Translations under genes and position numbers: made by a program
Shown here: in pieces, positions 23,878 through 36,842 of the stretch
Position numbering within the stretch: the first letter of the stretch is position 1
How the letters are laid out: each line of letters begins with the position of its first letter
NCBI RefSeq assembly: GCF_963921235.1
Contig: NC_086097.1
Span: forward strand, 101,124,001-101,188,000
DNA: 64,000 nt
From: Mobula hypostoma
Taxonomy: Eukaryota
Direction of reading: 5' to 3'
Notes under the pieces: model-generated
Told to the model about the DNA's origin: nothing
Seen by the model: only the letters and a program-made list of their open reading frames with translations
The model's database searches: none

Positions 23878-26800
23878 ATGGCAGGTTCGGTAACTGAATT
23901 TATGACGGAGAAGGTGGATGAGCTACGACCTCAAATGCCAACGGCTATAGTACAGGCGAATGAACATTTGGGAAGAGAAATGGCGATTTCTTTTGTTCGC
24001 CCAACGGTAGGCAATAGCAAACCACCATTGCAATTTGCTAAGAAAACCATGGTCAAACTCACAAACTATATCACACAACAACAGCGTCAAGAGGATCGTA
24101 AAGACAACTCTGAAGATGTTTCGCAAACACCAGGAATTCTGCGGGAAACGTCGACTGTACCTCAAAGTTGCGTTCACCAGCAAATTTGATGTCTGAATAT
24201 GTTTCGCTCGGTAGGGTTGATTCTGGCTACTGCTCATAAAATTAAAGTAACACAAAAGAAAATTATTGCCACTTGGAATGTAAGAACCCTATATCAAGCA
24301 GGAAGATTGGACAATGTGATAAATGAAATGGAAAGACTAAAGATTAACATCATGGGAATTAGCGAAGTTCGTTGGATAGGTGCTGGAACATTTCAGATTA
24401 GAAATAAGACACTAGTTTACTCTTGTGGAACATCCCAAACTAATAGAGTAGGAATTGTTATGGATGGAAAAACATGGCAAAAAGTGTTTTAGGACATTAG
24501 GCAATATCAAAAAGAATGCTCCTTGTTAGATTCAGAGGACAACCATTTGATTTAGCAATTATACGGGTATATGCACCAACAACAGATGGAACAAATGAAG
24601 ATGTACAAACTTGGTAGATAAATTCTATGAAGAGCTTGAACAAGCAAAGAATGGATGCAAATCTCAAGATATTGTTATTGTCATGGGAGATCTAAATGCT
24701 AAAGTTGGACAAGGTGCTGATAGAAATACCATAGGAAAATTTGGACTAGGGGAAAGAAATGAAAGAGGTGAGAAATGGGTAGAATGGTGCAAGATGAATA
24801 ATCAGGTCATTATGAATACCTACTTTAAAAACCATCCAAGACGCTTGTGGACCTGAAAAAGTCCAGGTGATAACACTAGAAATCAAATTGACTTTATTAC
24901 TATAAACCAAAGATTTAGAAACTCAGTGACTCAATGCAAAACATATCCAAGTGCAGACTGTAATAGTGACCATAACCCAGTAGTATGTCTTGTAAAAGTA
25001 AAACTTTAAAAAACTAAAGAAGCAAAAACCTGAACAATCCCTTGACTACTTGCAATTAATTAAAGAAGAAAACTTAAGACAAAGATTTACAATTGAGGTA
25101 AGGAATAGATTTCAAAGTCTAGAAGTAGAATCAGTTGAAGATGATAGCAATCATGTAGAAATGAAATTTAACTCTCTAAAGGATGCCTTAGTAGAATCAG
25201 CAAAGTCAGTGATTCCTAAAAAAGAAAAAAAAAGCACAAAGAATAAATGGATGACGGATGAAATCAAAAATCTAATGGAAGAAAGCAAATGCTATAGAAT
25301 ATAAGTCCTTAGACAGAAAAGTTAAAAGCTTATGTCAAAAAGCCAAAGAATGGTTAAACCAGGAATGTGAGCAAATAGAAAGAATCCCTATTACTGATCC
25401 AAAAAGGTTACATCAACAAATCAAGAATATCACTGGTAAAAAGCTCCTCTGTTCTTCAGGTGGATGTTTGAAAGCAAAGGACGGTACCATTATCATGAAA
25501 AAAGATGAGATTATGAACACATGGACTGAGTATATTCAGAAATTGTTTGAAGACAATCAAGGAGAAAAACTAGAAATTTAAAAAAAATATTGAAGGTCCA
25601 AGTATTTTGAAATCTGAAGTTCGTAATGCAATAAATAAGATGAAGAAAGGAAAGGCAGCAGGTCCTGATGAATTAGTAATAGAACAAATTATTGCCCTTG
25701 AAGATAATGGGATTGAAAAACTTGCTGATTTAATCAATGACATTTATGAGAATGGAATAATACCAGAAGATATGAAAAGATCAGTATTTATCACTCTTCC
25801 TGGAGCAATAGAATGTGAATTACACAGGACCGTAAGTTTAATAAGTCATATCATTAAAAAGTAGGGTGCCGTGCACAATCCTGATTTGATGGAGACAGAC
25901 GTGAGAAGCACGGAGAAACATCTGGTGAAACTTCTGAAATGCCTGTTTCACTGCTGCTGCTACTATGCGATCCAGAATCTCCAGAGGGGAAGGCCCCGAG
26001 TCCTCAGCTTTGCTTGTTGCTTGGCGGCCGGGGTGGGGTTGAAGTGCTCTGTGCTCAGTGTCGGAGGGCTGGTCGGAGGCTCGAAGTTTTCGGATGGACT
26101 CGAGAGTCGGCTGTGGTCGGGTGCTGCATCGGCAAGTTTGCAGCGCTGGAGGTTCATGGCAGGCAGAGTTTCTCCCTTCTACTGTCTGTGTGAGATGATG
26201 GGGCTATCGGGACTTTGAGACTTTTTTTTACCATGCTCATGGTCTGCTCTTTATCAAATTACGTTATTGCTTTGCACTGTTGTAACTATATGTTATAATT
26301 ATGCGGTTTTTGTCAGTTTTAGTCTTGGTCTGTGTTGTGTTTTTGTGATATCATACTGGAGGAACATTGTATCATTTCTTAATGCATGCATTTCTGAGTG
26401 TCCTCATAATCTAATATAATCACCAAGATACTTCTAAGAATTTTGATGACGAGCTAAAAGTAAGATACAAGCTGAAATAGGTAAAGAACAATGTGGTTTT
26501 GTGAAAGACAAAGGTACAAGAAATGCAATATTGATGTTAAGGATACTATCAGAACGAGCTATTCAAGTGCAAAAAGATTTGTTTGTTTTATCGACTACAC
26601 AAAAGCATTTGATAAAGTGAAGCACAATAAGTTATTTGAAATATTACAGAAAATTCTAGATCTAGATTTGAAAAACCTCTGCCTAATCAGAAATCTGTTC
26701 TGGGAACAAACTGCTGCTGTAAGAATAGGTGGAGAAGTGAGTCAGTTTACGAAAATCAAGAGAGGCATTAGACAAGGGTGTGTTTTTTCCCCTGATTTGT

Positions 26801-27696
26801 TTAATGTGTACAGTGAAACAATATCACAAAAAATAAGAGACATCTTGGGAATCAAAGTTGGCAGTGAAAACATCAATAATTTCAGATATGCAGATGACAC
26901 TGTGTTAATTGCAAGTACGGAGGAAGAACTACAAATCTTAATTGATATAATTGTTGAAGAAAGTGCAAAAACGGGTCTATCTATCAATTGCAAAAAGACA
27001 ATGTGTGGTGATATCCAAAAAGAAGGAGAATCCTATCTGCAGGCTGAGAATAAATGGGGAAGATATAAAACAAGTGAAGAACTTTTGCTACTTAGGAAGC
27101 TGGGTGACACAGATGGCAGGTGTGACTTGGACATCAAAAGAAGAATAGGGATGGCAAAAGACACCTTTACGAGAATGATCAATACCAAATGGTCATGGAA
27201 TGATCAATGACCAATACTGACCAATACTAAACTAGGCATGACAACCCGCCTCAGAGTACTGAAATGTTATGTTTATCCAGTTATGTTATATGGCTCAGAA
27301 TGTTGGACAATATCTAGTAACATGAGGAAATGAATTGTAGCAGCAGAAATGTGGTTTTTGAGGAGGATACAAAGAATGTCATGGATGAAACGAATATCTA
27401 ACAAGGATGTCATGAACAGAGCAAGCACAAAAAGAGAAATAATGTATGAGATCATGAAAAGGCAACGTAACTTCATTGGACATGTGATTAGGAAAGAGGA
27501 GTTAGAATGCACGGTAATTATGGGAAACATTGAAGGGAAGAAAGCAAGAAGAAGACAAAGACAAATGATGATGGAGACAGCAGCCAGAGAATTGGAAATG
27601 AATACCAATGAATTGATCCACTTGACCCGAAACAGGAGTGTGTGGGCCATGGCAGTCAAAGCTCAAACTGGGCACAGCACCTGATGATGATGATGA
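23878..27696 (+). mobile_element. Near full-length RTE-clade LINE (endonuclease + RT), disrupted
   Basis: ATWNVRTL..GISEVRW, MGDLNAKVG, KAAGPD, RQGCVFSPDLFN, RYADD; (GAT)n tail; TSD TGATGAATTATT (23866-23877 and 27697-27708). Confidence 0.95.
25855..26420 (+). mobile_element. ~600 bp non-autonomous retroelement (copy C, 5'-truncated) inserted in the RTE
   Basis: Same core and CATAATCTAA tail; the RTE frame resumes at ATCACCAAGATAC; short ATCA duplication. Confidence 0.88.
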
Positions 27697-27889
27697 TGAT
27701 GAATTATTTAACCGAATAAGAATAATTAATCAAGAGGTTTATTTTCAAAATTACACAAATGTTGCTGGTACTAAAGTGCGCAGTACTAACCCTAACCATA
27801 CGTCTTTGGAATTTGGGAGGAGACTGGGAAACCCAAGCGGTATCCCTCATTCATCTCCCTTTATTTACACACCTAGCAGGATAAATTTT

Positions 27890-28800
27890 GATTAATAACT
27901 ATAAAACGTAGGAGCAGAATTAGATCATTTGCCTCGCCCCCTTGTACCAAGAAAATCACTTCATAGTTCCATCTGCTACAACTCTGCCCATTCCACTAGT
28001 CGGTCTCTGTCCTGTTGCAGAAATATAGTAAGCAGTCACCCTAGCATGGAATCTTGGATTTCACTGCTACTATCCTCCAACCATTTACCATAACTCTGTT
28101 TCCTGTTCTTAACCCAACTGCCTATCCAAGATGACCTTCCTATGACAAGAGCCTTAGATTTTTAACCACTCTTTATAGGATACTTTATCAAATGTTTTCT
28201 TAAAATCCACATTATTAACATATACTTCAGCTTATTTTAAAAATATATTGTATTTTGTTAGTTCATCAAAAAGTATCTAATTAGGTAAGTCAAATGTGAT
28301 TTGCTTTTCACAGACCTCTGCCAGTTCTCCTTAATGGGCTTAAAACCTAACTTTCTCCCTGATTATTTCCAGAGTCTACCCATTGATGTTAACTTGACTA
28401 GAAATAGCTGACATCCTTTCTTGAATAGTCGCAATACTCACTTTAGAATTGTCTGCATGTCATACCTAGGGGAGCATTAGAAGACTGGAGCTCTTCCAAT
28501 ATCTCTAACCTGACTCCCTTTCTCAATCAGTCACCTGAGTCAGGCAACTTTTCCTGTCTAAACAAAGCCAGTCTTCCCAGCACATCCCACTTACCAAGTA
28601 TCAGCCCATGCATGACAGTTGTCAGTGTCCTCTTCCTTAACAAACAATGTGCTTACTTAGTATTCTAGCCCTTCCTTGAGCCTCAGAATATCTTCTCTAT
28701 CCCTGAAATTCCTTTCATTTATTTCCTGCCGACTCTACAGATGCCAGAAGAATTACCTTTGTTAATGGCCCTTTTATTCTCATTTAGAAAATTAAAGATC
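27890..28800 (-). mobile_element. Highly decayed CR1 fragments
   Basis: Remnants of the CR1 tail and RT on the reverse strand. Confidence 0.5.
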
Positions 28801-28946
28801 ATAATGTAACTTCCTTCTTTCTACATTCCAAAGGTACGTTGGTAAGTAGGGTAATTGGCTGCTATAAATTATCCCTAGCGCAGAAGTAAGTGGTAGAATC
28901 TGGTGTTTTGATGATTATGGGAGAAAGTAAAAATGAAATTAGTGAA

Positions 28947-29649
28947 CAACACACATGCACACGCACACACACACAGCTGAAGGAACGCAGCAGGCCAGGC
29001 AGCATCTATGGAAAAGGCACAGCTGATGTTTCGGGCTGAAACCCTTCGTCCATTCTGGAGGGGGAAAAAAGGCTGAGGAGTAGATTTGAGGGGTGGAGGT
29101 AGGGGAGAGAGAAATGCCAGGTGATGGGTAAAACTTGGAGGGGGAGGGATGAAGTAAAGAGCTAGGAAGTTGATTGGTGAAAGAGAAAGGGCGGGGGGGG
29201 GAGGAGCACCAGAGGGAGGCAATGGGTGAGCAAGGGGATAACATGAGAGAGGGAAAAGAGGATGGGAAATGGTGAAGGGGGGTGGGGGAGGCATTACTGG
29301 AAATTTGACAAATTGATGTTCATGCCATCGGGTTGGAGGCTACCCAGACAAAATGTAAGGTGTTGCTCCAACCTGTATGTGGCCTCATCGCGACAGTGGA
29401 GGAGGCTGTGGATGGACATATTGGAATGGGAAGTGGAATTAAAATGGGTGTTTTTCTCTCTCCCCTCTTCTCCCCACCCCCACCCCACCTTTCAAACTAC
29501 TACTTAGCATTTTTTCTCCAGTCCTACCAAAGGGTCTCGGCCCAAAATGTTAACTGTGCTTTTTTTCCATAGATGCTGCCTGGCCTGCTGAGTTCCTCCA
29601 GTATTTTATGTGTTGTTTGGATTTCCAGCATCTGCAGATTTTCTCTTGT
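28947..29649. mobile_element. Penelope-like element insertion with inverted arms
   Basis: Minus arm encodes THFNSTSHS..LGSLQPDGMNINLSNF; plus arm is the inverted terminal region; TSD ATGAAATTAGTGAA (28933-28946 and 29650-29663). Confidence 0.88.
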
Positions 29650-29879
29650 ATGAAATTAGTGAAAATTAGTATTTATGGTTGATGTGGACTTGATGGGCTG
29701 AAGGGCTGTAGACTGTAACTCATTTGGCGATCCACAGGCCTCTAAAGGTGCAATGATATTGATGGGTGCAAAATACTCATGTCATCTGGGATATATGAGA
29801 AATATCTTCCCTTAAGGTTATGAATCTTTGGAATTCTTATTCAAAGTGTTATGGAGGTAGAATCATTAGAAGTTTTCAA

Positions 29880-30330
29880 TCTCAGAACTCCCTGACCTTT
29901 AGCATAAACATGGAAAAGAATAGGAGGGGAAGTATTTAATTGGTGGATGCTAATAACAATGGTTTTAGGCAAGAATTTTGGAGTGTAAATTTGGACCATC
30001 TATTCTCAGGGAAATGCACAACAGAAATGTGGAGGTTGTTTAGGGACCAATTCCATGGGGTTCTGAATAGGGTTGTCCTATTCAGACAGGGAAAGAATAG
30101 TAGGGTGAAAGAACCATGGTTGACGGGAGAGGTGAAACATTTAGTCAAGCGGATGAAGGAAACATACTTAAGATTTAGGAAGCAAAGATCAGACACTCCT
30201 TGAGATTTATAAGGTAGACAGAAGGGAGATTAAGAAGGCACTTAGGAGGGCGAGAATGGGACATGAGAAGGTTGGCACAATATCGTAGGCTGAAAAGCGT
30301 CAAATAAGTAACTGCTATACTATTCTATGT
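29880..30330 (+). mobile_element. CR1 ORF2 fragment
   Basis: MWRLFRDQFHGVLNRVV..RVKEPWLTGEVKHLVKRMKETY. Confidence 0.7.
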
Positions 30331-32004
30331 TCTGTATTCTATGACAGATGTTTGTCCCACAGGGAACTTTGTACGTGGGCTGGAAAATGGACCCGAGGCC
30401 AGGACAGAATCAACTGTGAACTTAATGAATGGTAGTAAAGCCTGAAGGACTAAATGCCCTCTTCTGCTCTTATTATGGTTTTGGAAACAAAAATTATCTT
30501 CTGTGATTCCGGGCTCCCTTTGTTTTCCACCCTGCTTCTCTCGGCACTCTATACTACTGAATGCCAAGTGCTCTGTATCCACAATTTATAAGCTGTGCTT
30601 CCAGTATTACCACTGCATACTCCCACGTGGCAGACTAGACTCCAGCCTATTGTACACGCTGTAGTTTCTCTTGGTCTGTGCCAGTCTCATATGGCACTGC
30701 TTCCTCCTCTGGTACTGTCAACACTCCTTTACTCATCTTGTTTTGCCTCAGTGCACTGGTGCCCACCCTCATAGAAGCCCCAACTTCTTTGTCCGAACTC
30801 CTTGCCAACCAAGATGTCTAGCTATGGTGATCCCATTGGCCTTTTCCCTCTGAAGCTTTTTCTATCCATGTACCCTTTAAACATTGTAATTATGCAAACT
30901 TCTATCACTTCTTTCCATGGCAGCTCTTTCCATATACCTAGCACCTTCTGTGTTGGGAACAGTTGTCCCTCAGATCAATTTTATTTTTTAATATGAAGGC
31001 TTCTAAACCATGCCTCCAGTTAATGTTCCTGATTATCTGACCTCCTGATAATTGCCCTCTGTGTTTTCGCCACTGAAATGTATCACTATCTCTGCCTCAC
31101 CTTCCAGACTGTTCAGTGCAGTGTTCCATAGCTTTGAGGAGGTTGGTCCAGAGTGACTTGTTTCTGCAGAATGCTACAGGCCACAACTAAGGGATTCAGG
31201 ATTGTGATCCCAAAATGTGATTTTTTTTTTTCCCCCTAAGGGAAAAGGACTCCATCATTTGTTGAATCACTAGAAACTGCAGATGCTGGGAACTGCAGAT
31301 ATTCAGCAGTAAGAGAAAGAAACAGAGCCGGCAGTTCTTAGTTAATGTTTGCATCATTTTTATTGGAATTAATATTAAATGTTTCCATGAGCGCTGGCTG
31401 TTTATTAATAGGAAAGCAGGGATTTCAGAACATCTTAACCAGGGTCCTCCAGCTCCCCACCCATGTATCCTCGAAGATGTTCCAGTTACTGTCGAAGACA
31501 CACCAGCCAGCCCATGGTCTTACTTCCTTTTGATGAGGCTGTGTGTTGGAATATTTGTTTTCCTTTGGATTGTCTTGAAATATTACGAGATCAACATAGG
31601 CTAGATACTGATTGATTTCTCAATCAAATGCACTAATTGCTGCAAACTCAGGGGCCAAATTACCTCTTGGGGAATTCTAGGGAGCCTGAGGGTGGTTCAC
31701 TAAGAAATTAAGAGGAAAAGCAAAGTGTCCTGAAAGCTGAGGACTTGATGCACAATTTACCCACGTGCAGTGAGAGACAAGAATGATTCAGCCAGTCCTG
31801 GGCAGTGGTTGTGCCTTTGCAATCCAACATGGAGCCACCAAAATGGACAATCCCTGGCAGACACAAGCACCCTGGGGTCACCCTTCGAGATGACTGTAAA
31901 CGGACTGCAGCAGCTGTCAGAACAAGCAGCAAATCACCTCTGGCATCACAGCAGCCACACAAAGGAGTGGCACAAAGTAATTCCCAGCAACTTGCAAATG
32001 GAAG

Positions 32005-32630
32005 TAACACAAACAAAATGCTGGAGGAACTCAGCAGGTCAGGCAAAATCTATGGAAAAGAGTGCTGTACAGTCGACTTTTCGGGCCGAGATCCTATTCC
32101 CATTCCGACATATCTATCCATGGCCTCCTCCACTGTTAGGTTGGAAGATGACACATTATATTCCAGCATCTGCAGAATTCCTCGTGTTCACATTATATTC
32201 GGTTTGGGTAGTCTCCAACCTGATGAATTTCTCAAACTTGCAGTAATGCCCCACTCCTTCACCATTCTTCATTCCCTTTTCCCTCTCTTACTTTAACTCC
32301 TTGCCTGCCCATCACCTCCCTCTGGTGCTCCTACCCCCCCCCCACAGCCTTTTTCTTCCATGGCCTTTTGTCTCTTTCACCTATCAACTTCCCAGCTCTT
32401 TACTTCAACCCTCCCCCTTCAGGGTTTACCTATCACTTCGTGTTTCTCTCTCCCCTCCCTCAGCTTTTAAGCTACTCTCTAGCTTTTTTTCTCCTGTCCT
32501 GCCAAAGGGTTTCAGCCCGAAACGTCGACTGTGCTTTTTCTCCCCCACAGATGCCGCCTGGCCTGCTGAGTTCCTCCAGCATTTTGTGTGTGTTGCTCGG
32601 ATTTCCAGCGTCTGCAGATTTTCTCTTGAT
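32005..32630. mobile_element. Penelope-like element remnant with inverted arms
   Basis: Short minus arm (32005-32090) and a plus arm with IFGLGSLQPD and the terminal GATGCCGCCTGGCCTGCTGAGTTCCTCCAGC. Confidence 0.8.
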
Positions 32631-33143
32631 TCTAAGTGGTAAGTGGAGTGCGATCTTGGCATCGCACATGAGGATTCCCACAGGACCGAGCAGTAGGTGT
32701 GAACTGCACACGCCATTTCCCCCACTCCTTGGCAGCACGTTGCTCAGAGTGAATTCCACTCCACAACAAGCAACCAGCCTCAGGGACTGGTAGTCCTCAT
32801 TCCTGAAATCTAGGGTAATACCACAATTGTATGACCAGTTGTTTAAAACAAATGTATTAAGTTCGGCATGGTACAACAAAATCAAGAAATATAAAATGAT
32901 TTTATATTAAAACAATACACTTCTGTATTTCTGTTCTGCTACCTTATAATAATGTGTACTTTATTGATCCTGAGTGGGAAATTATTTCGTTACAGCAGTG
33001 ACATTTAAAAACACACTTAACAATAGCAATAAATATATTAATAAAGTACAGAATAATAATATACACAATACTAAGTTAGTAATGTGTAATACTAATGTAT
33101 GAAATAATAAACAGAGAGTACAAAGTAGTATCACAACAAGGGA

Positions 33144-34066
33144 CACACATAAAAGTTGCTGGTGAATGCAGCAGGCCAGGCAGCATCTCTAGGAAGAGGT
33201 GCAGTTGACGTTTCAGGCCGAGACCCTTCGTCAGGACTAACTGAAGGAAGAGTGAGTAAGGGATTTGAAAGTTGGAGGGGGAGGGGGAGATCCAAAATGA
33301 TAGGAGAAGACAGGAGGGGGAGGGATGGAGCCAAGAGCTGGACAGGTTGATAGGCAAAAGGGATATGAGAGGATCATGGGACAGGAGGTCCGGGAAGAAA
33401 GACAAGGAGGAGGGGGGACCCAGAGGATGGGCAAGGGGTATATTCAGAGGGACAGAGGGAGAAAAAGGAGAGTGAGAGAAAGAATGTGTGTATATAAATA
33501 AGTAACAGATAGGGTACGAGGGGGAGGTGGGGCATTAGCGGAAGTTAGAGAAGTCGATGTTCATGCCATCAGGTTGGAGGCTACCCAGACGGAATATAAG
33601 GTGTTCCTCCAACCTGAGTGTGGCTTCATCTTTACAGTAGAGGAGGCCGTGGATAGACATGTCAGAATGGGAATGGGATGTGGAATTAAAATGTGTGGCC
33701 ACTGGGTGATCCTGCTTTCTCTGGCGGACAGAGCGTAGGTGTTCAGCAAAGCGGTCTCCCAGTCTGCGTCGGGTCTCGCCAATATATAAAAGGCCACATT
33801 GGGAGCACCGGACGCAGTATATCACCCCAGTCGACTCACAGGTGAAGTGTCGCCTCACCTGGAAGGACTGTTTGGGGCCCTGAATGGTGGTAAGGGCATG
33901 TGTAGTACATGTTCCGCTTACACGGAAAAGTGCCAGGAGGGAGATCAGTGGGAAGGGATGGGGGGGACGAATGAACAAGGGAGTTGCGTAGGGAGCGATC
34001 CCTGCGGAATGCAGGGGGGTGGAGGGAAAGATGTGCTTAGTGACAAGGGAGTTGCGTAGGGACTCA
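33144..34066 (-). mobile_element. Penelope-like element 3' part with GIY-YIG endonuclease
   Basis: GVIYCVRCSQCGLLYIGETRRRLGDRFAEH..LQPDGMNIDFSNFR; TSD ACAACAAGGGA (33133-33143 and 34067-34077). Confidence 0.93.
33203..33238 (-). ncRNA. Minimal type I hammerhead ribozyme motif
   Basis: Minus strand AGTC-CTGACGA-AGG.GTCTCGG.CCT-GAAA-C-GTC-AACT; one mismatch in stem I. Confidence 0.7.
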
Positions 34067-34149
34067 ACAACAAGGGAACGTGTTCCACCAAGAGCTCATT
34101 GGCCAATTTAGTATAAACAGTGCAAACTTTTCGACGTGCTTGTGGGTAG

Positions 34150-34590
34150 AATTCTGTGTGGAGAACTGGACTGGACCAATGTCACTATGCTAGGCCAAGC
34201 CCGAGAATTCTTAGAGGCTTTGTTCTCCACACACAATCCTGTCAACAAGCGCATCGAAATGAACCCAGTTTACATCCCACTTCAGCGTCAAGTCGTCTGT
34301 CCAGAGCCAAGAGCCAATTCACACCTGCTTACACGCGTCAATCAATGAGGACGATGTTAATCCTACATAACGGTCAACTAACACAGCCCGGATAACAATT
34401 ATCACCTAATCGGATTTTAACGAATCAATCGCGGATTACATAATTGGTAACCAATGCGCGCACACACACACGACACACAAAAGAAGAACAATGTTTCATT
34501 CGAAGTTGTACTGATGATGTTCCCCAGTTGGGTAACGAAACGTCTTCCAGCTCACACGCCAGCTCGACGAGCTACTCAATAACAAGATCT
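34150..34590 (+). mobile_element. Second Penelope-like family (Penelope/Poseidon-type) 3' end
   Basis: DWTNVTMLGQAREFLEALFSTHNPVNKRIEMNPVYIPL resembles the GIY-YIG C-terminus; followed by a hammerhead core. Confidence 0.75.
34505..34550 (+). ncRNA. Hammerhead ribozyme core with degenerate stem I
   Basis: CTGATGA(34511)-T-GTTCCCC.AGTT.GGGTAAC-GAAA-C-GTC(34544). Confidence 0.65.
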
Positions 34591-36842
34591 GGGTTACTAC
34601 ACAACACCCAATCTAAGATGGCCTTTCTCTGAGTAGCTAAAGCACAAACTGCTCCAAAAAGCCACTCGTAGGCATTCAAAAAAAAACCCCTCTTGCGATC
34701 TGACACCAACTTGATTTCCCCACTGCCTTTGCAAATTGAAGTTCCCCCATTACAATTGTGTCATTACCCTTATTACTTGCCTCTTCCAGCTCCCTTTGCA
34801 ATCTCAACCCCACATACTTGGAGGTCTATATATGATTCCTTGACGAAGGGTCTTGGCCCGAAATGTCGACTCTGTTTCTTCCTATGGATGCTGTCTGGCC
34901 TGCTGCGTTCCACCAGCATTTTGTGTGTGTTGCATGATTCCCATAATTTTTTTTTACCCTTGCAGTTACTTAATTTCTCCCACAAAGATTCAATATTCTC
35001 TGACGCTGTCACTTCTGTCTAAAGGTGTAATTCCATCTCTTACCAACAGAGCCACACCACCACCTATGCTTTCCTGCCTGTTCTTTTGATACAAAGTATA
35101 TCCATTGATGTTAAGTTCCCAACTATGGCCGCCTTTCACCCGTGACTGAATGATGCCCACAACGTCAAACCGACCAATCTTATTCTGAATGCTACACGCA
35201 TTTAAGTACAGCACCTTCAGTCCTGCATTCTACACCTTTTGAATTTTGCCTCTGTGGTACAACTTAACTCTTTACTCTGTCTGTATTTGTAGCCAATCAT
35301 TGGCTTGTCCTTCCTTACATTCATGTTACACCCATCATCTACTTGTAAACCTGTTGGCTCATCCGCAGCTCTATCGTATTGTTTCCCATCACCCTGCCAT
35401 ATTAGTTTGGAGGTCTATATATAGTTTCCATCAGGGACTTTTAAACTTTGCAGTTTCTTAGCTCGACTCACGATTCTACTCGATCCAATGTTTGATTTGC
35501 TTTCATTTTTTACCAACAAAGCCATGCCACCCCTCTGCTGCTTGCCTGTCCTTTCAATACAATATGTGTCCTTGGACATTAAGCTCCCAGCTATAATCTT
35601 CCTTCAGCCATGATTCAGTGATGACTACAACATCATACAAGCCAACCTGTAACTGCGCTACAAGTTCATCTACCTTATTCTGTGTACTGTGTGCATTCAA
35701 ATATAACTCCTTCAGTCCTGTATTCACTCGTTTTGACTTTGTCCCCCTTTTGCATTGCAGCTCATCCCATTGACTGCTATTTTGCTCTGTCATCGGCCTG
35801 TCTTTTCTGGCAGTCTCACTACACACTGCCTCTGTTTGTAAACCAACTACTCCATCCACTGCTTCATGTCCCCCTGCCAAATTAGTTTAAACCCACCCGA
35901 ACAGCTCTCACAATCCAACTCGCAAGGACATTGGTCCCCTTGGGTTTAGGTGCAACCTGTCCCTCTTGTGCAAGTCATACCTCCCCCAGAAGCGATCCCA
36001 ATGATCCAGAAATCTGAATCCCTGCCCCTTGCACCAGTTCCTCAGCCAGACATTCATATGCTAAGTCATTCTATTCGTATCCACATTGGCAAGTGGCACC
36101 AGCAGCAATCCAGAGATTACCACTCTGGGGGCCCTGCTTTTCAGCTTTCTACCTAGCTCCCCGGCATCTCTCTTTGGGAGCTCCTCACCTTTGGTGCCAA
36201 TATGTACCAAGACTTCTAGCTATTCACCTTCCTCCTTTAGAGTGCCATGGACCTGATCCAAGACATCCCTGACCCTGGCATCTCAGAGACAACATACCTA
36301 ATGGGTGTCTTTATCACTCCCACAGAACCTCACCTCTGTTTCACTGACTATGAAATCTCCTATCACCACTGCAATCCTCGTCACTTCTCTTCTCTTCTGA
36401 GCCACAGCACCAGGCTCGGTGTCAGAGACACGGCCACTGTGGCTCCCTCTGGTAGGTCGTCCCCCTCAGTGTCCAAAGTTGTATACTTATTATTGAGAGA
36501 AACGGCCACAGTACTCTGTACTGGCAGTCCATTTCCCTTCCCCATGACAGTCACCCAGTTATCTGCCTCCTGCAACCTAGGGGTAGCCACGTCCCTGTAG
36601 CTCCTGTCTATCACCTCCTCAGTCTCCTGTATGAGGAGCTGCAGCTCCAGTTCCTTAGTATGTTCTCTCAGGAGCTGCAACTTGATGCATCTGGTGCAGA
36701 TGTTCCCGGAGGCTAAACATCTCCCAGACTTCCCACATCCCACACACAGAATAACACACTGTCCCTGGAGCCATTCTCACCACGATAACTGTGATAGATG
36801 AGGAATGAAGAATACAGGAGAAAAAGTAAATTTACCAGATAT

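Larger units (their letters stand above)
23708..27770 (-). mobile_element. Solo LTR remnant (23708-23877 plus ~27709-27770) interrupted by an RTE element
   Basis: Reverse complement resembles the LTR at 42870-43035; terminal TGTTA. Confidence 0.5.

Noticed and set aside
31241..31976. Plus-strand exon candidates at 31241-31308, ~31412 and 31771-31976
   Set aside because: Phases do not chain, the peptides are unrecognisable, and part resembles the PLE-tail motif CTGCAGATGCTGG.
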